From: a virus
Lineage: Duplodnaviria; Heunggongvirae; Uroviricota; Caudoviricetes
Direction: 5' to 3' (one strand)
Virus record (IMG/VR): IMGVR_UViG_2974644367_000001
Location: 10,237-74,236 of that record
Length of the DNA stretch: 64,000 bases
In this document: piece after piece, positions 20,013-29,828 of the stretch
Layout: every line of letters starts with the position of its first letter
Numbering within the stretch: position 1 is the stretch's first letter
Translations under genes and position numbers: made by a program
Notes under the pieces: generated by a model
Seen by the model: the letters and a program-made list of their open reading frames with translations, nothing else
What the model was told of the DNA's origin: nothing
Database searches by the model: none

Positions 20013-21521
20013 ATGGCAACTTATAGACTTCAAGACTTGCCGGAATTCACAGGAACTATTTTAGGTACTGACCTTGTTCTTGTTAAGATTCTGGCGAGAG
20101 ATAGCACAGGCACTGATACTGATGCTAAAATGACAGTCACCAATTTCTTGAAAGGTGTCAGCTTCGATACGTCCAAGTTCCTGTTGAAAGGTGGAGACAT
20201 CTTCGCTGGTGATATGACGATGAACAACACCGTATCACTCAAAGGTCTGATGACAGGCTCTAAAGGGGCTGTAGGAATCGCTGTAGTCAATTCTAACGAC
20301 CAGTTGGTTGTAGGTGATGATAAGCTGCCACTTATTCTGAAGTCCCTTGAGAACCCCGCATATTTGCGTACAGACGGTACTCAGTTTTACCTGTACCATA
20401 CAGGGAATAAACCTTCTGCAACAGATATTGGTGCTGTCCCTACAACAAGAACTGTAAACGGTCATGCACTGAATACTAACGTGACTCTGGCAGCTTCTGA
20501 ACTTTCTGGTATTGACCTGTACATGCTCAAAGCAGACGGCTATACAAAAGTTTCTGGAGTTATGCAGGAACCATTGACTGTTAAGAACAACTCTTACTTG
20601 TCTGCACAGAAAGCTGATGGCTCTGCAAACGTTGGACTGATTAAGCTGAATGGTAGTAATAACCTTGAGATTGGTCAGACAGATACTTTCATGATTCTGT
20701 ACAGTAACAGTGACATTCAGGCTCAAATCAAAGGCTACAATCAGACCCTTCTCCACGATGGTAACTTCAGAACTTACATTAACCCTAATGAAAAGCTGAA
20801 AGCCTATGTGACCATGCAGGTGTTTGACACTGCGGGAACTTATACCATCACACCAGATGATTTATCAACAATGTTGAAATTCCGTGTGGAAGGTGAGAAT
20901 AAGTATGACTTCGAGGTTTCACTGTCAGCAATTACTGGTCACTACCAGACTGCGGCTGTTGCAAACACTTCAAGCTACGGTAATATCGTCGTTAGTGAAG
21001 CGCAAGAGTCAAATATTCTGGATGACAGGACAGGTAACGTTGTTAAGGCTGTTATTGCAGATGACGATGCAGGGTTCATTATTGGTTTCTGGAATGAGAC
21101 ATCTAAGAAGTCAGCGTTCAATTCAATTGCTTACCGTGCAGATGGTGACTTTAACGCAAGGATTGAAGATGCTGATGGTTGGTTGTGGTGGTGGATGCTG
21201 GACAACACGAACGGTACATGGGTGAACAAAACTATCACGCCAAGTGAAGGTACTTTGTCAGGCTACCAGCCAAACCATGAGAGTTCTGAAACCAGACCAA
21301 CTGCACCGAACTTAACAGGTGGTGTCTCTCAGGTCAACATCCTGTTTGACAGCAGTTCATCAACCAACTTGACATTCTCTTATTACTGTGTAAACACCCT
21401 TCCACCGAAGGATGCTACAAAGATTGAAGTCGTTGTTGGTGCATCTGGTTCAGTGTCTGCAAACAGTAATGTTACCGGACGTGTTGACCGTATCGTTGTA
21501 GAAGAGTTCGCAAGAATCTAA
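20013..21521 (+). CDS. Tail fibre protein (N-terminal anchor shared with the 21533 gene; C-terminal domain shared with the 22267 gene)
   Basis: It starts at MATYRLQDLPEFTG with a GAGGA ribosome-binding site. See the findings for the shared domains. Confidence 0.6.
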   Translation: MATYRLQDLPEFTGTILGTDLVLVKILARDSTGTDTDAKMTVTNFLKGVSFDTSKFLLKGGDIFAGDMTMNNTVSLKGLMTGSKGAVGIAVVNSNDQLVVGDDKLPLILKSLENPAYLRTDGTQFYLYHTGNKPSATDIGAVPTTRTVNGHALNTNVTLAASELSGIDLYMLKADGYTKVSGVMQEPLTVKNNSYLSAQKADGSANVGLIKLNGSNNLEIGQTDTFMILYSNSDIQAQIKGYNQTLLHDGNFRTYINPNEKLKAYVTMQVFDTAGTYTITPDDLSTMLKFRVEGENKYDFEVSLSAITGHYQTAAVANTSSYGNIVVSEAQESNILDDRTGNVVKAVIADDDAGFIIGFWNETSKKSAFNSIAYRADGDFNARIEDADGWLWWWMLDNTNGTWVNKTITPSEGTLSGYQPNHESSETRPTAPNLTGGVSQVNILFDSSSSTNLTFSYYCVNTLPPKDATKIEVVVGASGSVSANSNVTGRVDRIVVEEFARI

Positions 21522-21532
21522 GGAAAACTAAA

Positions 21533-22267
21533 ATGGCTACTACAAGTTACAGAATTCAAGACTTGAAGCAGTATACTGGCTCATTGTCAACTTCTGATTT
21601 CTTGTTAGTCAAGATTAAGAAGCGTACAGGTATGATTGGGGATGAGGATATGAAAATCTCCATGAACCTGTTCCTTGACCAACTGGCACAAGGGTTCTTC
21701 CCGATTACTGGTGGGGTTCTTAAAGGGAACCTCACTATTGCAAATGGTTATCTTCTTTCTCTTGCTGATAAGAATGATGTTGCAGTTTCTGTTGGTGGCT
21801 TCACCGCTGATAACAGACTTCAACTCGGTAACATCAACCGTGGATTGACTCTGGTGACAATCTCTGATGTCCAGATTAAACGTGGTGCTAACAGCTATGA
21901 AGTTTATCATGCTGGCAACCTCCCAAATGTTACCAAGATTGACAGTTATTACAATGCTGGATTTGTTGGGACAAGCCACTCAATCAACATGGGTCAGTAC
22001 ACTGATTACCAGATGACTTTACAGAATCCTACAACTGCGTTAGACTTCTCTTCAGGCTTTGTTAAAAGGGCTGTTGAGACAATCACAATGTTGATTACTC
22101 AGGGTTCTGGTTCAAACAAGGTCACTTGGCCTAGTAACATCAAATGGGCTAACGGATATGCACCCACCCTTTCATATAAGGCTGGTAAGACCGACATTAT
22201 CACATTCATCTCTTACGATTTGGGTGAGTCATGGTTAGGTCTGATGACAGCCGCTGGAGTAAGTTAA
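21533..22267 (+). CDS. Short tail fibre paralogue
   Basis: The N-terminus MATTSYRIQDLKQYTGSLSTSDFLLVKIKK is paralogous to the 20013 gene. Confidence 0.55.
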   Translation: MATTSYRIQDLKQYTGSLSTSDFLLVKIKKRTGMIGDEDMKISMNLFLDQLAQGFFPITGGVLKGNLTIANGYLLSLADKNDVAVSVGGFTADNRLQLGNINRGLTLVTISDVQIKRGANSYEVYHAGNLPNVTKIDSYYNAGFVGTSHSINMGQYTDYQMTLQNPTTALDFSSGFVKRAVETITMLITQGSGSNKVTWPSNIKWANGYAPTLSYKAGKTDIITFISYDLGESWLGLMTAAGVS

Positions 22268-25200
22268 TGACGCAAGTTAAACAGACGGCAGCACAGAGTG
22301 CTGTCAATCAAGCTGTGAATTTGCTGAACGGTCATGAAGATTTTGTAGAGCGTAGTACGGGTCTCACTGTAGACCCACATACTGACCACTACCTGCAAAA
22401 CCCTGATTTCGTTCTGTCAAACAACAGACATTTCATTGCAGACACTATGGCAGAATATCAGCCCAATGGTGACGCAACCACTGAGGGTCAGGCATTACAT
22501 GTCCTCGGTTACTGCCACGCATATATCGCAACAAAGAATCCTGTATTCCTTGACAAAGCGAAAAAGGCTTGGGATGCCTATATCAATTATTTCTACAAGG
22601 GTCAACCTGTACCAGATTTTCCATCTCGTTACATTTGTAACTGGATTATTAACGGTAAAGAGCCTGTCCTTGCGGATTATCCAGTAAACCCCGAAGAACC
22701 TACTCAGGGTGGCTATAAGTGTGTCCCTATCCAGTTCACTAACGGTGTTGGTCAGATTCCTCATGGTGCTCCTTTTTGGGGTGAATATCTCGACTCTTGT
22801 ACATTTGCTCACCGTGGTCACATGACATGGGATGCGATTAACGGCTCTGTTCAGGAGATTCAAGAGAACCTTGACGGGAAGATTGATTGGCAAACTGTTT
22901 TCGACCAGTACAGAATCCTTGGGACTCCAACCTATTCAGATTTGTTCTTAGACAACTTCACAGATGGACGTAATACTTGGACAGGCTTTACAAGCACGTC
23001 AGTTATCCCGACCGTTACAGGTGGTTGGATTAAACCTCCACGTGTTGATGACACAAACCCTGTTGGTATTCGTAAAGACGGTCTCTCTTTTGCAGGTGGA
23101 GATTATGAAACAGTTCGTCTGAGAGTTAAGAAGACGGGTTCTCCTGTTTGGGCTGGTGCTGTATGGTGGGTTCCTACTGATGGCAGAGGTTGGGATGTAA
23201 CCCGCAAGTTCTCTATCCCTGAGCCTAAGTTTGACTCATCCGGTGTTGCTGAGATTGCTGTGACTACTGGTTGGAACGTCAACATCCGTACAATGCGTAT
23301 TGACACTGGCGCACCATTGACTGCTGAAGAGTATGAGAAGAACTTCTTCGAGATTGACTACATCGGTGTAAGTCACAAAACTGGTGAAGGTATCGCAGAA
23401 CCTTGGTCATCTCTTGCGTGGATTGATTGGAAAGCGTATCTTGGTGACACTTACACTGTTAAATGGGGTGAGTCAAATCGAGCAAAAACCCTTCCAGTTC
23501 AATGGCTTGTCGTATGGACAAACAATAAAATTGGTATGGGGAAAGGCCCGAATGACCAGTTATGGGATGGTGACATTATCGAAGAAAATCTTCCAGACTC
23601 TGATAAAGGGATGATTAAACTCGAAGATGAGACTATCAACGGTGTATACTTAGTGAATTATGCTTCTAAAGTTCCTGTTGATTTTGGTGGGTATGAGTTC
23701 AAGAGAAATGAACCGTGGCATAACCGACCTGTACATACACCGTTCTTGGGTGGTATCAACCAGTTAGGTAACGCTGCTGATGCTGAAGTCTGGTTTGTAG
23801 ATGCTTGTTATCTTCTGTACAGAATTACTGGTGATGAGAAGTACAAGACTGCTTTAGAGAGTGTATTCTTCACTGCGAACGAATATACTGAGATTGACTC
23901 AACGGATAAATTCTTCCGTCAAAGTATGTCTGCTGAAACTCCATTTACGGATGCAATCAGCTACGGGTTCTCTTACCCTGCAAGTACGACTATCAACTAC
24001 AGTCGTGACTCTGAAGGTTACATTGTAATCAACACTGACCAAGCCTGTCAGACCTTCTTAGAGCAGCAAGCGGTTATCTTCCGTGTTACTGACAAGTCTA
24101 AGTTGAGATTGACTTATGGTGGTCAGACAGAAACTGGAAAGACTGTTGGCATGTCTGGAATCCTGACAATCGGCTCAACGAAAGGTGACACAGACTCTGA
24201 AAACAGGTACAAGGTAACTCTTCCAAAGACGAGTGATTCTACTCCAAAAGTCTATGACATTCCTCTTAGTCAGCTTGCGAAAGAGACTAATGATGAAACT
24301 GGTGAAGATTATCTGGTAGCCGACTCAAGAGCAGCAACCGACTATGGAAACTGTACTTGGGAAGAAGTCTACGAAGAAAATGTTTTCGATGGCCGTTCAG
24401 CAAACATCATCAAGGCAAAACTCCCAACATCTGATGACGGTTTCATTATCGGATTCTGGTTGACAGAAGAAGGTAAAGCTGACACAAAGTCTATCGTCTA
24501 CCGTGCTGATTCACCAATCACTGTACGCATGACTGATGACAATGAGTGGAACTGGAACTGGATTCTTGGCGAGACTTATGGTAAGTGGGTGAAGAGAACC
24601 CTTGACCCGAAAAACCTTACACTTGCTGAGAGACAGCCTAACCACACAGCAGAAGAGCCTTTACCAACTGAGGTTAAATATACCAAAGTTGAACAGTTGA
24701 ACTTCTCTCTGGAGGATGATACAGCAACTGACAAGGAATTCTCTTACTACTGCATCAACGATGTTCCACCACTGTTTGAAGGTGATGACGGTTGGACAGT
24801 TCTGTTCCGTGCGGCATTGAATGGTAGTGAAGCGTTTACGGCTGTTGTTGGTGATTGTACAATCATTGACTATCGTCACGACTCACTGGCGTACAGTCCC
24901 GGCGTTATTCCGTTCTCTAACATTTATGGTGAAGGTACGAACCAGATTGGTGCTTGGCACGGTATGCCATACCCAGGCTATCAATACCCGTTCATCTACA
25001 CAATTCATGTTTCAGAAAAATATGCAAATGAGCTTTCAAATCAGATTCAGTTCCTGTATGATAGCCAAGAAGCATATTACAATCAGGTCGGAATTTTGGG
25101 GCCAGGCTGTGCTGCATATATCTGGAACCGTTGGGATAACTACAAATATGGTAAGCCTGACACTTGGACAACGTATCATTGGGGTGACGGCAAGCCTTGG

Positions 25201-25740
25201 TCTGGTTATCAGCCAAGAGCCTATAACGCTGCTGCAAGGGCTTGGTATGAGCTTTCTGTAAGAGGGAAGACTGTTCCGAGAATCCTGAAAGAATACGTTG
25301 AACGTTGGTCAACATGGCTTGTATCATTTGCAGAAAGGTTTGATGGTCATTCACCAAATGACTTCCCAATTGCACCAGACCAACCAGTTTGGATTGAGAA
25401 CGACTTCACAGGTCACATGTGCGGCCTTTGGTTAGCAGGTGCTTGTTACTCTAAACTTGCAGGTTCAAAAGTGGAAGGTCTCGACTACTTCATTGATTCC
25501 TGTGCAGGTGAGTTGGCAGAGAACTTTACAATCGTTGATGACCCTACAAAGGCTATTAACGGTGCATGGTCTCCAGACCCAAGAGTATCAGGTGATAATG
25601 GCATGTCTTTTGGATTTTATACTGGTGAAATTTTCCGTGGATTATCACTGTACATTATCTATAAGAATCATGGTGTTGGTTACAACTTCTACCAAGATTG
25701 TGCCATTACAGACCACTACAAAGCGTCTATTGACGTTTAG
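22267..25740 (+). CDS. Large tail-associated protein, a putative tailspike with an enzymatic domain (start at MTQVKQ, 1157 aa)
   Basis: The ATG at 22267 overlaps the preceding stop, and GGAG lies upstream. A central domain is shared with the tail fibre at 20013. The termini are rich in Trp and Tyr. Confidence 0.5.
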   Translation: MTQVKQTAAQSAVNQAVNLLNGHEDFVERSTGLTVDPHTDHYLQNPDFVLSNNRHFIADTMAEYQPNGDATTEGQALHVLGYCHAYIATKNPVFLDKAKKAWDAYINYFYKGQPVPDFPSRYICNWIINGKEPVLADYPVNPEEPTQGGYKCVPIQFTNGVGQIPHGAPFWGEYLDSCTFAHRGHMTWDAINGSVQEIQENLDGKIDWQTVFDQYRILGTPTYSDLFLDNFTDGRNTWTGFTSTSVIPTVTGGWIKPPRVDDTNPVGIRKDGLSFAGGDYETVRLRVKKTGSPVWAGAVWWVPTDGRGWDVTRKFSIPEPKFDSSGVAEIAVTTGWNVNIRTMRIDTGAPLTAEEYEKNFFEIDYIGVSHKTGEGIAEPWSSLAWIDWKAYLGDTYTVKWGESNRAKTLPVQWLVVWTNNKIGMGKGPNDQLWDGDIIEENLPDSDKGMIKLEDETINGVYLVNYASKVPVDFGGYEFKRNEPWHNRPVHTPFLGGINQLGNAADAEVWFVDACYLLYRITGDEKYKTALESVFFTANEYTEIDSTDKFFRQSMSAETPFTDAISYGFSYPASTTINYSRDSEGYIVINTDQACQTFLEQQAVIFRVTDKSKLRLTYGGQTETGKTVGMSGILTIGSTKGDTDSENRYKVTLPKTSDSTPKVYDIPLSQLAKETNDETGEDYLVADSRAATDYGNCTWEEVYEENVFDGRSANIIKAKLPTSDDGFIIGFWLTEEGKADTKSIVYRADSPITVRMTDDNEWNWNWILGETYGKWVKRTLDPKNLTLAERQPNHTAEEPLPTEVKYTKVEQLNFSLEDDTATDKEFSYYCINDVPPLFEGDDGWTVLFRAALNGSEAFTAVVGDCTIIDYRHDSLAYSPGVIPFSNIYGEGTNQIGAWHGMPYPGYQYPFIYTIHVSEKYANELSNQIQFLYDSQEAYYNQVGILGPGCAAYIWNRWDNYKYGKPDTWTTYHWGDGKPWSGYQPRAYNAAARAWYELSVRGKTVPRILKEYVERWSTWLVSFAERFDGHSPNDFPIAPDQPVWIENDFTGHMCGLWLAGACYSKLAGSKVEGLDYFIDSCAGELAENFTIVDDPTKAINGAWSPDPRVSGDNGMSFGFYTGEIFRGLSLYIIYKNHGVGYNFYQDCAITDHYKASIDV

Positions 25741-25788
25741 TGAGGTTGACAGAATAGACCTTCAATGTTAGTTTATTAAATGATGGAT

Positions 25789-25826
25789 AGCCCACTGAGA
25801 GTTTTCTTAGTGGGTTTTTTGTTATA
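25789..25826 (+). terminator. Intrinsic terminator after the tail fibre operon
   Basis: CCCACT..AGTGGG stem followed by TTTTTTG. Confidence 0.5.
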
Positions 25827-25851
25827 TCTAACCAACAACGAGGTAACGGTA

Positions 25852-26061
25852 ATGCCCTTCATCTTCGCGTTGCTTGGTAAAGGACTCGCCAGTTTCGGGG
25901 CAAAGCTACTTATCGCACTCTTCACAGAGCGTATGATTAAGCACGTTTTCTTCACACTGGCTAAGTATATTGCCAAGCGCACACAAACAACTAAGGATGA
26001 TGAGTTCTTGGATAAACTTGAAGATACTTATGATAACCCTGATAGCGGAGGGAATCCATAA
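25852..26061 (+). CDS. Small membrane protein (holin-like topology; alternative start at 25780)
   Basis: A hydrophobic N-terminal helix and a charged C-terminus. It lies downstream of the terminator. Confidence 0.35.
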   Translation: MPFIFALLGKGLASFGAKLLIALFTERMIKHVFFTLAKYIAKRTQTTKDDEFLDKLEDTYDNPDSGGNP

Positions 26062-26396
26062 TGGAAATCAAGAGACTCATTGAGAACAACATTGCTGCAA
26101 TCATTGTAGGGTGTTCGTCAGTGTTTGCTTCTTATCTGGCTGTTAATGTCAGACTCACTCAGATTGAAACGGTACAGGTTGCTGACCATCAGAGAGTAAG
26201 TCAACTGGAGACTAAGGTTAACCAGTTAGAGATTAATCAGGAGAGTATGAAGGCTTATGCAGACGCTTCTCAGAAGAACATTGACAAGATGGCTAATTCA
26301 GTTGACAAACTCACAGAGTCTGTTAATAACCTGTTCGGTATCGTTTCGAGATGGCAGGGGAAATTTGAAGACGGCAATCATGCCAATGGTAGGTAA
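26061..26396 (+). CDS. Signal-anchor plus coiled-coil protein (spanin or lysis-regulator-like topology)
   Basis: An N-terminal TM segment, then a long coiled coil. Confidence 0.35.
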   Translation: MEIKRLIENNIAAIIVGCSSVFASYLAVNVRLTQIETVQVADHQRVSQLETKVNQLEINQESMKAYADASQKNIDKMANSVDKLTESVNNLFGIVSRWQGKFEDGNHANGR

Positions 26397-26401
26397 TTAA
26401 T

Positions 26402-26430
26402 AGGCTCCTTTTTACGGGAGCCTTTTTTGT
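26402..26430. terminator. Bidirectional intrinsic terminator between convergent operons
   Basis: AGGCTCC..GGAGCCT stem flanked by A- and T-tracts. Confidence 0.55.
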
Positions 26431-26435
26431 ATCTG

Positions 26436-27371
26436 TTAACCAACAGAAAGAGGGGCTTTCACTACTCCAGCGTTTTGATAACCCTGAAGAGCATTTTTAA
26501 AGGTATTACCATTCAAGGCTAACACCTTATCCAGAGAACTCAAATCCAAGTTATTCAGATTCAAGGTAGGGGCTTCAAACTCTGGATTATCCAGAACCTG
26601 CATAACAGCCGGAACATGGTTCTCATAAATATGAGCGTCACCGAAAGTTCCAATCACATAACGAGGTGTGTAGCCTGTCATTTGTGCCAGAATACGAAGC
26701 AGGAGCGCGTATGAGGCGATATTGAACGGCAACCCTAAGAATGTATCAACAGAACGCTGATACCAGCGTAAGTCCATATAGCCACCCTCAGAGGCATACA
26801 CTTGGAAGAACATATGGCAAGGTGGTAATGCCCCAAGGTTATTCGCAACAGCTACAGGGTTCCATGCTGATACAATGTGATAACGACTCGCAGGATTCTC
26901 ACGAATACCAGTGATTAAACGTTCAATCTGGTCACAGGTCATCTCACAAGATTCAAACTCACGCCACTGACTACCATAAATCATACCCAAATCTTCTTGA
27001 GCTTTGATTTTGGCAACAGTCTTATCCAGCAAATCACCAGTCTGAACTTTACGAACCATCTTCAGGACTGACTCAAGATAACGTTCATAGTCAGCAGTCC
27101 AGATTGTGTTCTGACCTTCATCAGAACCGAACTGATACATTCTCAGAGAGTGTAAGTCAGTCTTACCAGCCAAGAACCAAAGTAACTCACCTGCAACCAG
27201 TGACATAGGGACGGACTTACAGGTCAGTAATGGGAACTCTTTGCGAATGTCGATACGCAGGTCTTCTGGAAAAGGAACACTGATAGTGTTACCTGAACGA
27301 GATTTTCTCAGTTCGCCATTAGACAGAATGTTTGCCATGAAACCTTTATATTGTTGGTCGATAGTGCTCAT
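26436..27371 (-). CDS. thyA: Thymidylate synthase
   Basis: LPPCHMFFQVY active-site motif. The whole sequence aligns to ThyA. Confidence 0.9.
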   Translation of the reverse strand: MSTIDQQYKGFMANILSNGELRKSRSGNTISVPFPEDLRIDIRKEFPLLTCKSVPMSLVAGELLWFLAGKTDLHSLRMYQFGSDEGQNTIWTADYERYLESVLKMVRKVQTGDLLDKTVAKIKAQEDLGMIYGSQWREFESCEMTCDQIERLITGIRENPASRYHIVSAWNPVAVANNLGALPPCHMFFQVYASEGGYMDLRWYQRSVDTFLGLPFNIASYALLLRILAQMTGYTPRYVIGTFGDAHIYENHVPAVMQVLDNPEFEAPTLNLNNLDLSSLDKVLALNGNTFKNALQGYQNAGVVKAPLSVG

Positions 27372-27928
27372 AGTAATCCCTCAATGTAGTGGAAAGTTTT
27401 GCCAGTGCTATTTCTCAGCCTTTCAAAATACGCAAGCTGTAGATGGATAGGCACTTCGAAGTCCACCATTATATCAGCCTGTTCATTGCTGTCAAGGACA
27501 GTCAGGTAGAGTTGGTCAGTTAGTGGTAAAGCCTCTGCAATGATACTTGAGCCACCGATTACAGCTACGTTACCGAAGAACTTCTCTGCGAGTTTGATAG
27601 CTGTTGTGGTCTCATGGCAGATGAAATGAACCTCTTTACCATCAACCTTATAAGACACAACCTCACCGAATTCGAGTTTAGTACCACACGGTAACTCACT
27701 CGTCAGGATGATAGCGTTACGTTCTGGAAGTGGTAAATGGATGTCAAGCTGATTTTCTTTTCTTGCAACCAGAGACTTGTAAGTTGACTTACCCATCAGG
27801 ACGGAACCGATGTTCTTTGTAATCTCTGAGAAACGCATCAGGTCTTCAGAGTTCTTAGGCCACGGAAGGGAACCGTCATAGTTCCCAAACGCACCTACGC
27901 TGTTTATAGCATAGACTGTAGCAATCAT
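27368..27928 (-). CDS. frd: Dihydrofolate reductase
   Basis: The N-terminal IxAxxxNxxIG pattern, and the LPW and VLMGKSTYKSL motifs. Confidence 0.8.
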   Translation of the reverse strand: MIATVYAINSVGAFGNYDGSLPWPKNSEDLMRFSEITKNIGSVLMGKSTYKSLVARKENQLDIHLPLPERNAIILTSELPCGTKLEFGEVVSYKVDGKEVHFICHETTTAIKLAEKFFGNVAVIGGSSIIAEALPLTDQLYLTVLDSNEQADIMVDFEVPIHLQLAYFERLRNSTGKTFHYIEGLL

Positions 27929-28482
27929 TTAAATTCTAACCCCTTAACTTCAAGAATTTCAATAGACTTCAGCTTTTCCCACTTGTAAGCCTTTTTCGGA
28001 ATCGGTTGCACCTCAACCAACTCTTTGCAGACTTCTCGGAAAGCCACTAAATCCTTCAGCACATTGACGACAAGCTGACTGTCAGAGAGTTTATGATTCT
28101 CTCTAATCTCACGCTCAAATCGCTCAATAATCTGGAGAAGACCATATACCACACCAACATTCAAACGTTCACGGAGACCCTTTGACAGCTTCTGCCATTC
28201 GTGTTCATAACGCTGGTTGATAACATCAACAGCACGGTCATACCCGATACCAACAGCATCAAGTTTCACCATGAACATATCGAACTCTTTACGGTCTTCA
28301 AGGGTCTGGTAAAGGTTCTCATTAGACCACACCTCATTACGGTGATAGCTGGTGATATTCTTTTTAGTGGTTGTCAGGTCACTCGTCAGCGTACTGTGCT
28401 GGAAAGGCCGTCCAGAGAATTTGTCGATGATTAAATAGTGGGCGTAAACGCCCAACTCTTTCAGTGTTTTATTCATAGTCAC
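27925..28482 (-). CDS. Hypothetical protein (track start codon is GTG; ATG at 28476)
   Basis: ORF coupled to the frd and ligase genes. Confidence 0.45.
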   Translation of the reverse strand: MTMNKTLKELGVYAHYLIIDKFSGRPFQHSTLTSDLTTTKKNITSYHRNEVWSNENLYQTLEDRKEFDMFMVKLDAVGIGYDRAVDVINQRYEHEWQKLSKGLRERLNVGVVYGLLQIIERFEREIRENHKLSDSQLVVNVLKDLVAFREVCKELVEVQPIPKKAYKWEKLKSIEILEVKGLEFK

Positions 28483-29572
28483 GTACCGTTAATCCTACAG
28501 GGAATTGAACACGACCCTTGCGAGTCTCTTTTTGATACTGAACAGTCAGCGGCTTACCAATGAACTCTTCTGGATGGTCAGCAAGATACTGACGTTTCTC
28601 ATGAGTCGTCTTCCAAGCACAACTGAACTTCTTACCCTTCGATGATAAACAAACAAACTTACCATGTCCACGTTTATCTTTCTCAACACCAACAATCATG
28701 AATTCACTGGTCAGCATCTTTTTATGCTTAATCAGGAAGTATGAACGCTCATTACAGCCGTAGAAAGAATCAGCAGCAATTGAACGGTACATAGCACCTT
28801 CAAACTTCTCAACAACCCACTTGTCATGCAGCTTGTCAAACTCTTCAAAGCTGTTAACACGTGTGGACTCTACGACTACAATACGGAGATTGAAATCGGA
28901 TTCCAGCAGTGGGCTTGAGTTGATGATTGCACTACGCTCAGGCCAGTTCAGGGTTGTGTCAATGATGTCATACCAATAGAACATCAGAGTATCACGCTCA
29001 GGGTTCTCAGCGTCCTTAATCATGCTTACGATGTCTTCAAGGTCGTAGCCATGTGCATAGATTTCACCATCAAACTGTTGCACGTCAGGGTGTGACTTGA
29101 GCATGAACTGGATAGAAGGAATCAGAAGATTCGGCATCACATACTCGGTGTTCTCACGTGAATAGGCTGTGAAACCATTTTCAGCCAGAGTATCACGTTT
29201 GATTCGGCAGCGTACACCATCCAGCTTAGGTTGTGCATCAGCAGGGAAGATGAGGTATTTCTTATGAGAAATCTTGACAGCATCATGAGCCAACATAACA
29301 CCATCTTTAACGACTGTCTCAGCCGCATCAAGATTCTCAGCATAACCTTTACGGTCAATCTGGTGACGATACTTTGATTCGACTTCCAGAATAGCTTGTT
29401 GTTCAGGCGTGGTTTCGTTCTTCTTACCGATGTTTTTAGCTTCAGCCGTATAACGCTCGGTCATCATCTTACCATCAACCTTACCGTACACAGTGACCAC
29501 TTCAGCACCTTCAGCAAAGCATTGCCACTGGTTCACAGATTTGTTCTTGTTGCGTTTGAAGAGAGTTTTCAT
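28469..29572 (-). CDS. ATP-dependent DNA ligase
   Basis: The adenylation motif KLDGVR. Size is 367 aa, like T7-type ligases. Confidence 0.85.
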   Translation of the reverse strand: MKTLFKRNKNKSVNQWQCFAEGAEVVTVYGKVDGKMMTERYTAEAKNIGKKNETTPEQQAILEVESKYRHQIDRKGYAENLDAAETVVKDGVMLAHDAVKISHKKYLIFPADAQPKLDGVRCRIKRDTLAENGFTAYSRENTEYVMPNLLIPSIQFMLKSHPDVQQFDGEIYAHGYDLEDIVSMIKDAENPERDTLMFYWYDIIDTTLNWPERSAIINSSPLLESDFNLRIVVVESTRVNSFEEFDKLHDKWVVEKFEGAMYRSIAADSFYGCNERSYFLIKHKKMLTSEFMIVGVEKDKRGHGKFVCLSSKGKKFSCAWKTTHEKRQYLADHPEEFIGKPLTVQYQKETRKGRVQFPVGLTVRDYE

Positions 29573-29587
29573 CTTGTTTCCTTAGAG

Positions 29588-29612
29588 AAATAAAAGGACT
29601 CCGAAGAGTCCA
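29588..29612 (-). terminator. Intrinsic terminator (UUCG hairpin family), minus strand
   Basis: On the + strand this reads AAAAGGACTCCGAAGAGTCC, and on the minus strand it is GGACTC-TTCG-GAGTCC-TTTT. Confidence 0.65.
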
Positions 29613-29618
29613 GTAAGA

Positions 29619-29828
29619 TTAGAAGAAGAATGCTCGGAACAGCTTGTACAGGAATAGAACCATGTAACCTGCTGCGAGACCTTCAACGATACCGACAAGG
29701 ATAATAACCGTGTCTGATACGAAACGCAAGGGTCTTTCCGTTGCAAATTTCAGAATTTTAAAGCTATCGACAATGAGCCATAAAATACCGATAGCGATTG
29801 TTAGGCAAACCAGAATAGCACTAAGCAT
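29619..29828 (-). CDS. Small membrane protein (2 TM)
   Basis: A hydrophobic 69 aa ORF. Confidence 0.4.
   Translation of the reverse strand: MLSAILVCLTIAIGILWLIVDSFKILKFATERPLRFVSDTVIILVGIVEGLAAGYMVLFLYKLFRAFFF

Noticed and set aside
22231-22266. An N-terminal extension of the 1169 aa ORF (MVRSDDSRWSKL).
   Set aside because: It overlaps the preceding gene. The ATG at 22267 has a GGAG ribosome-binding site and shows TAATG-type coupling.
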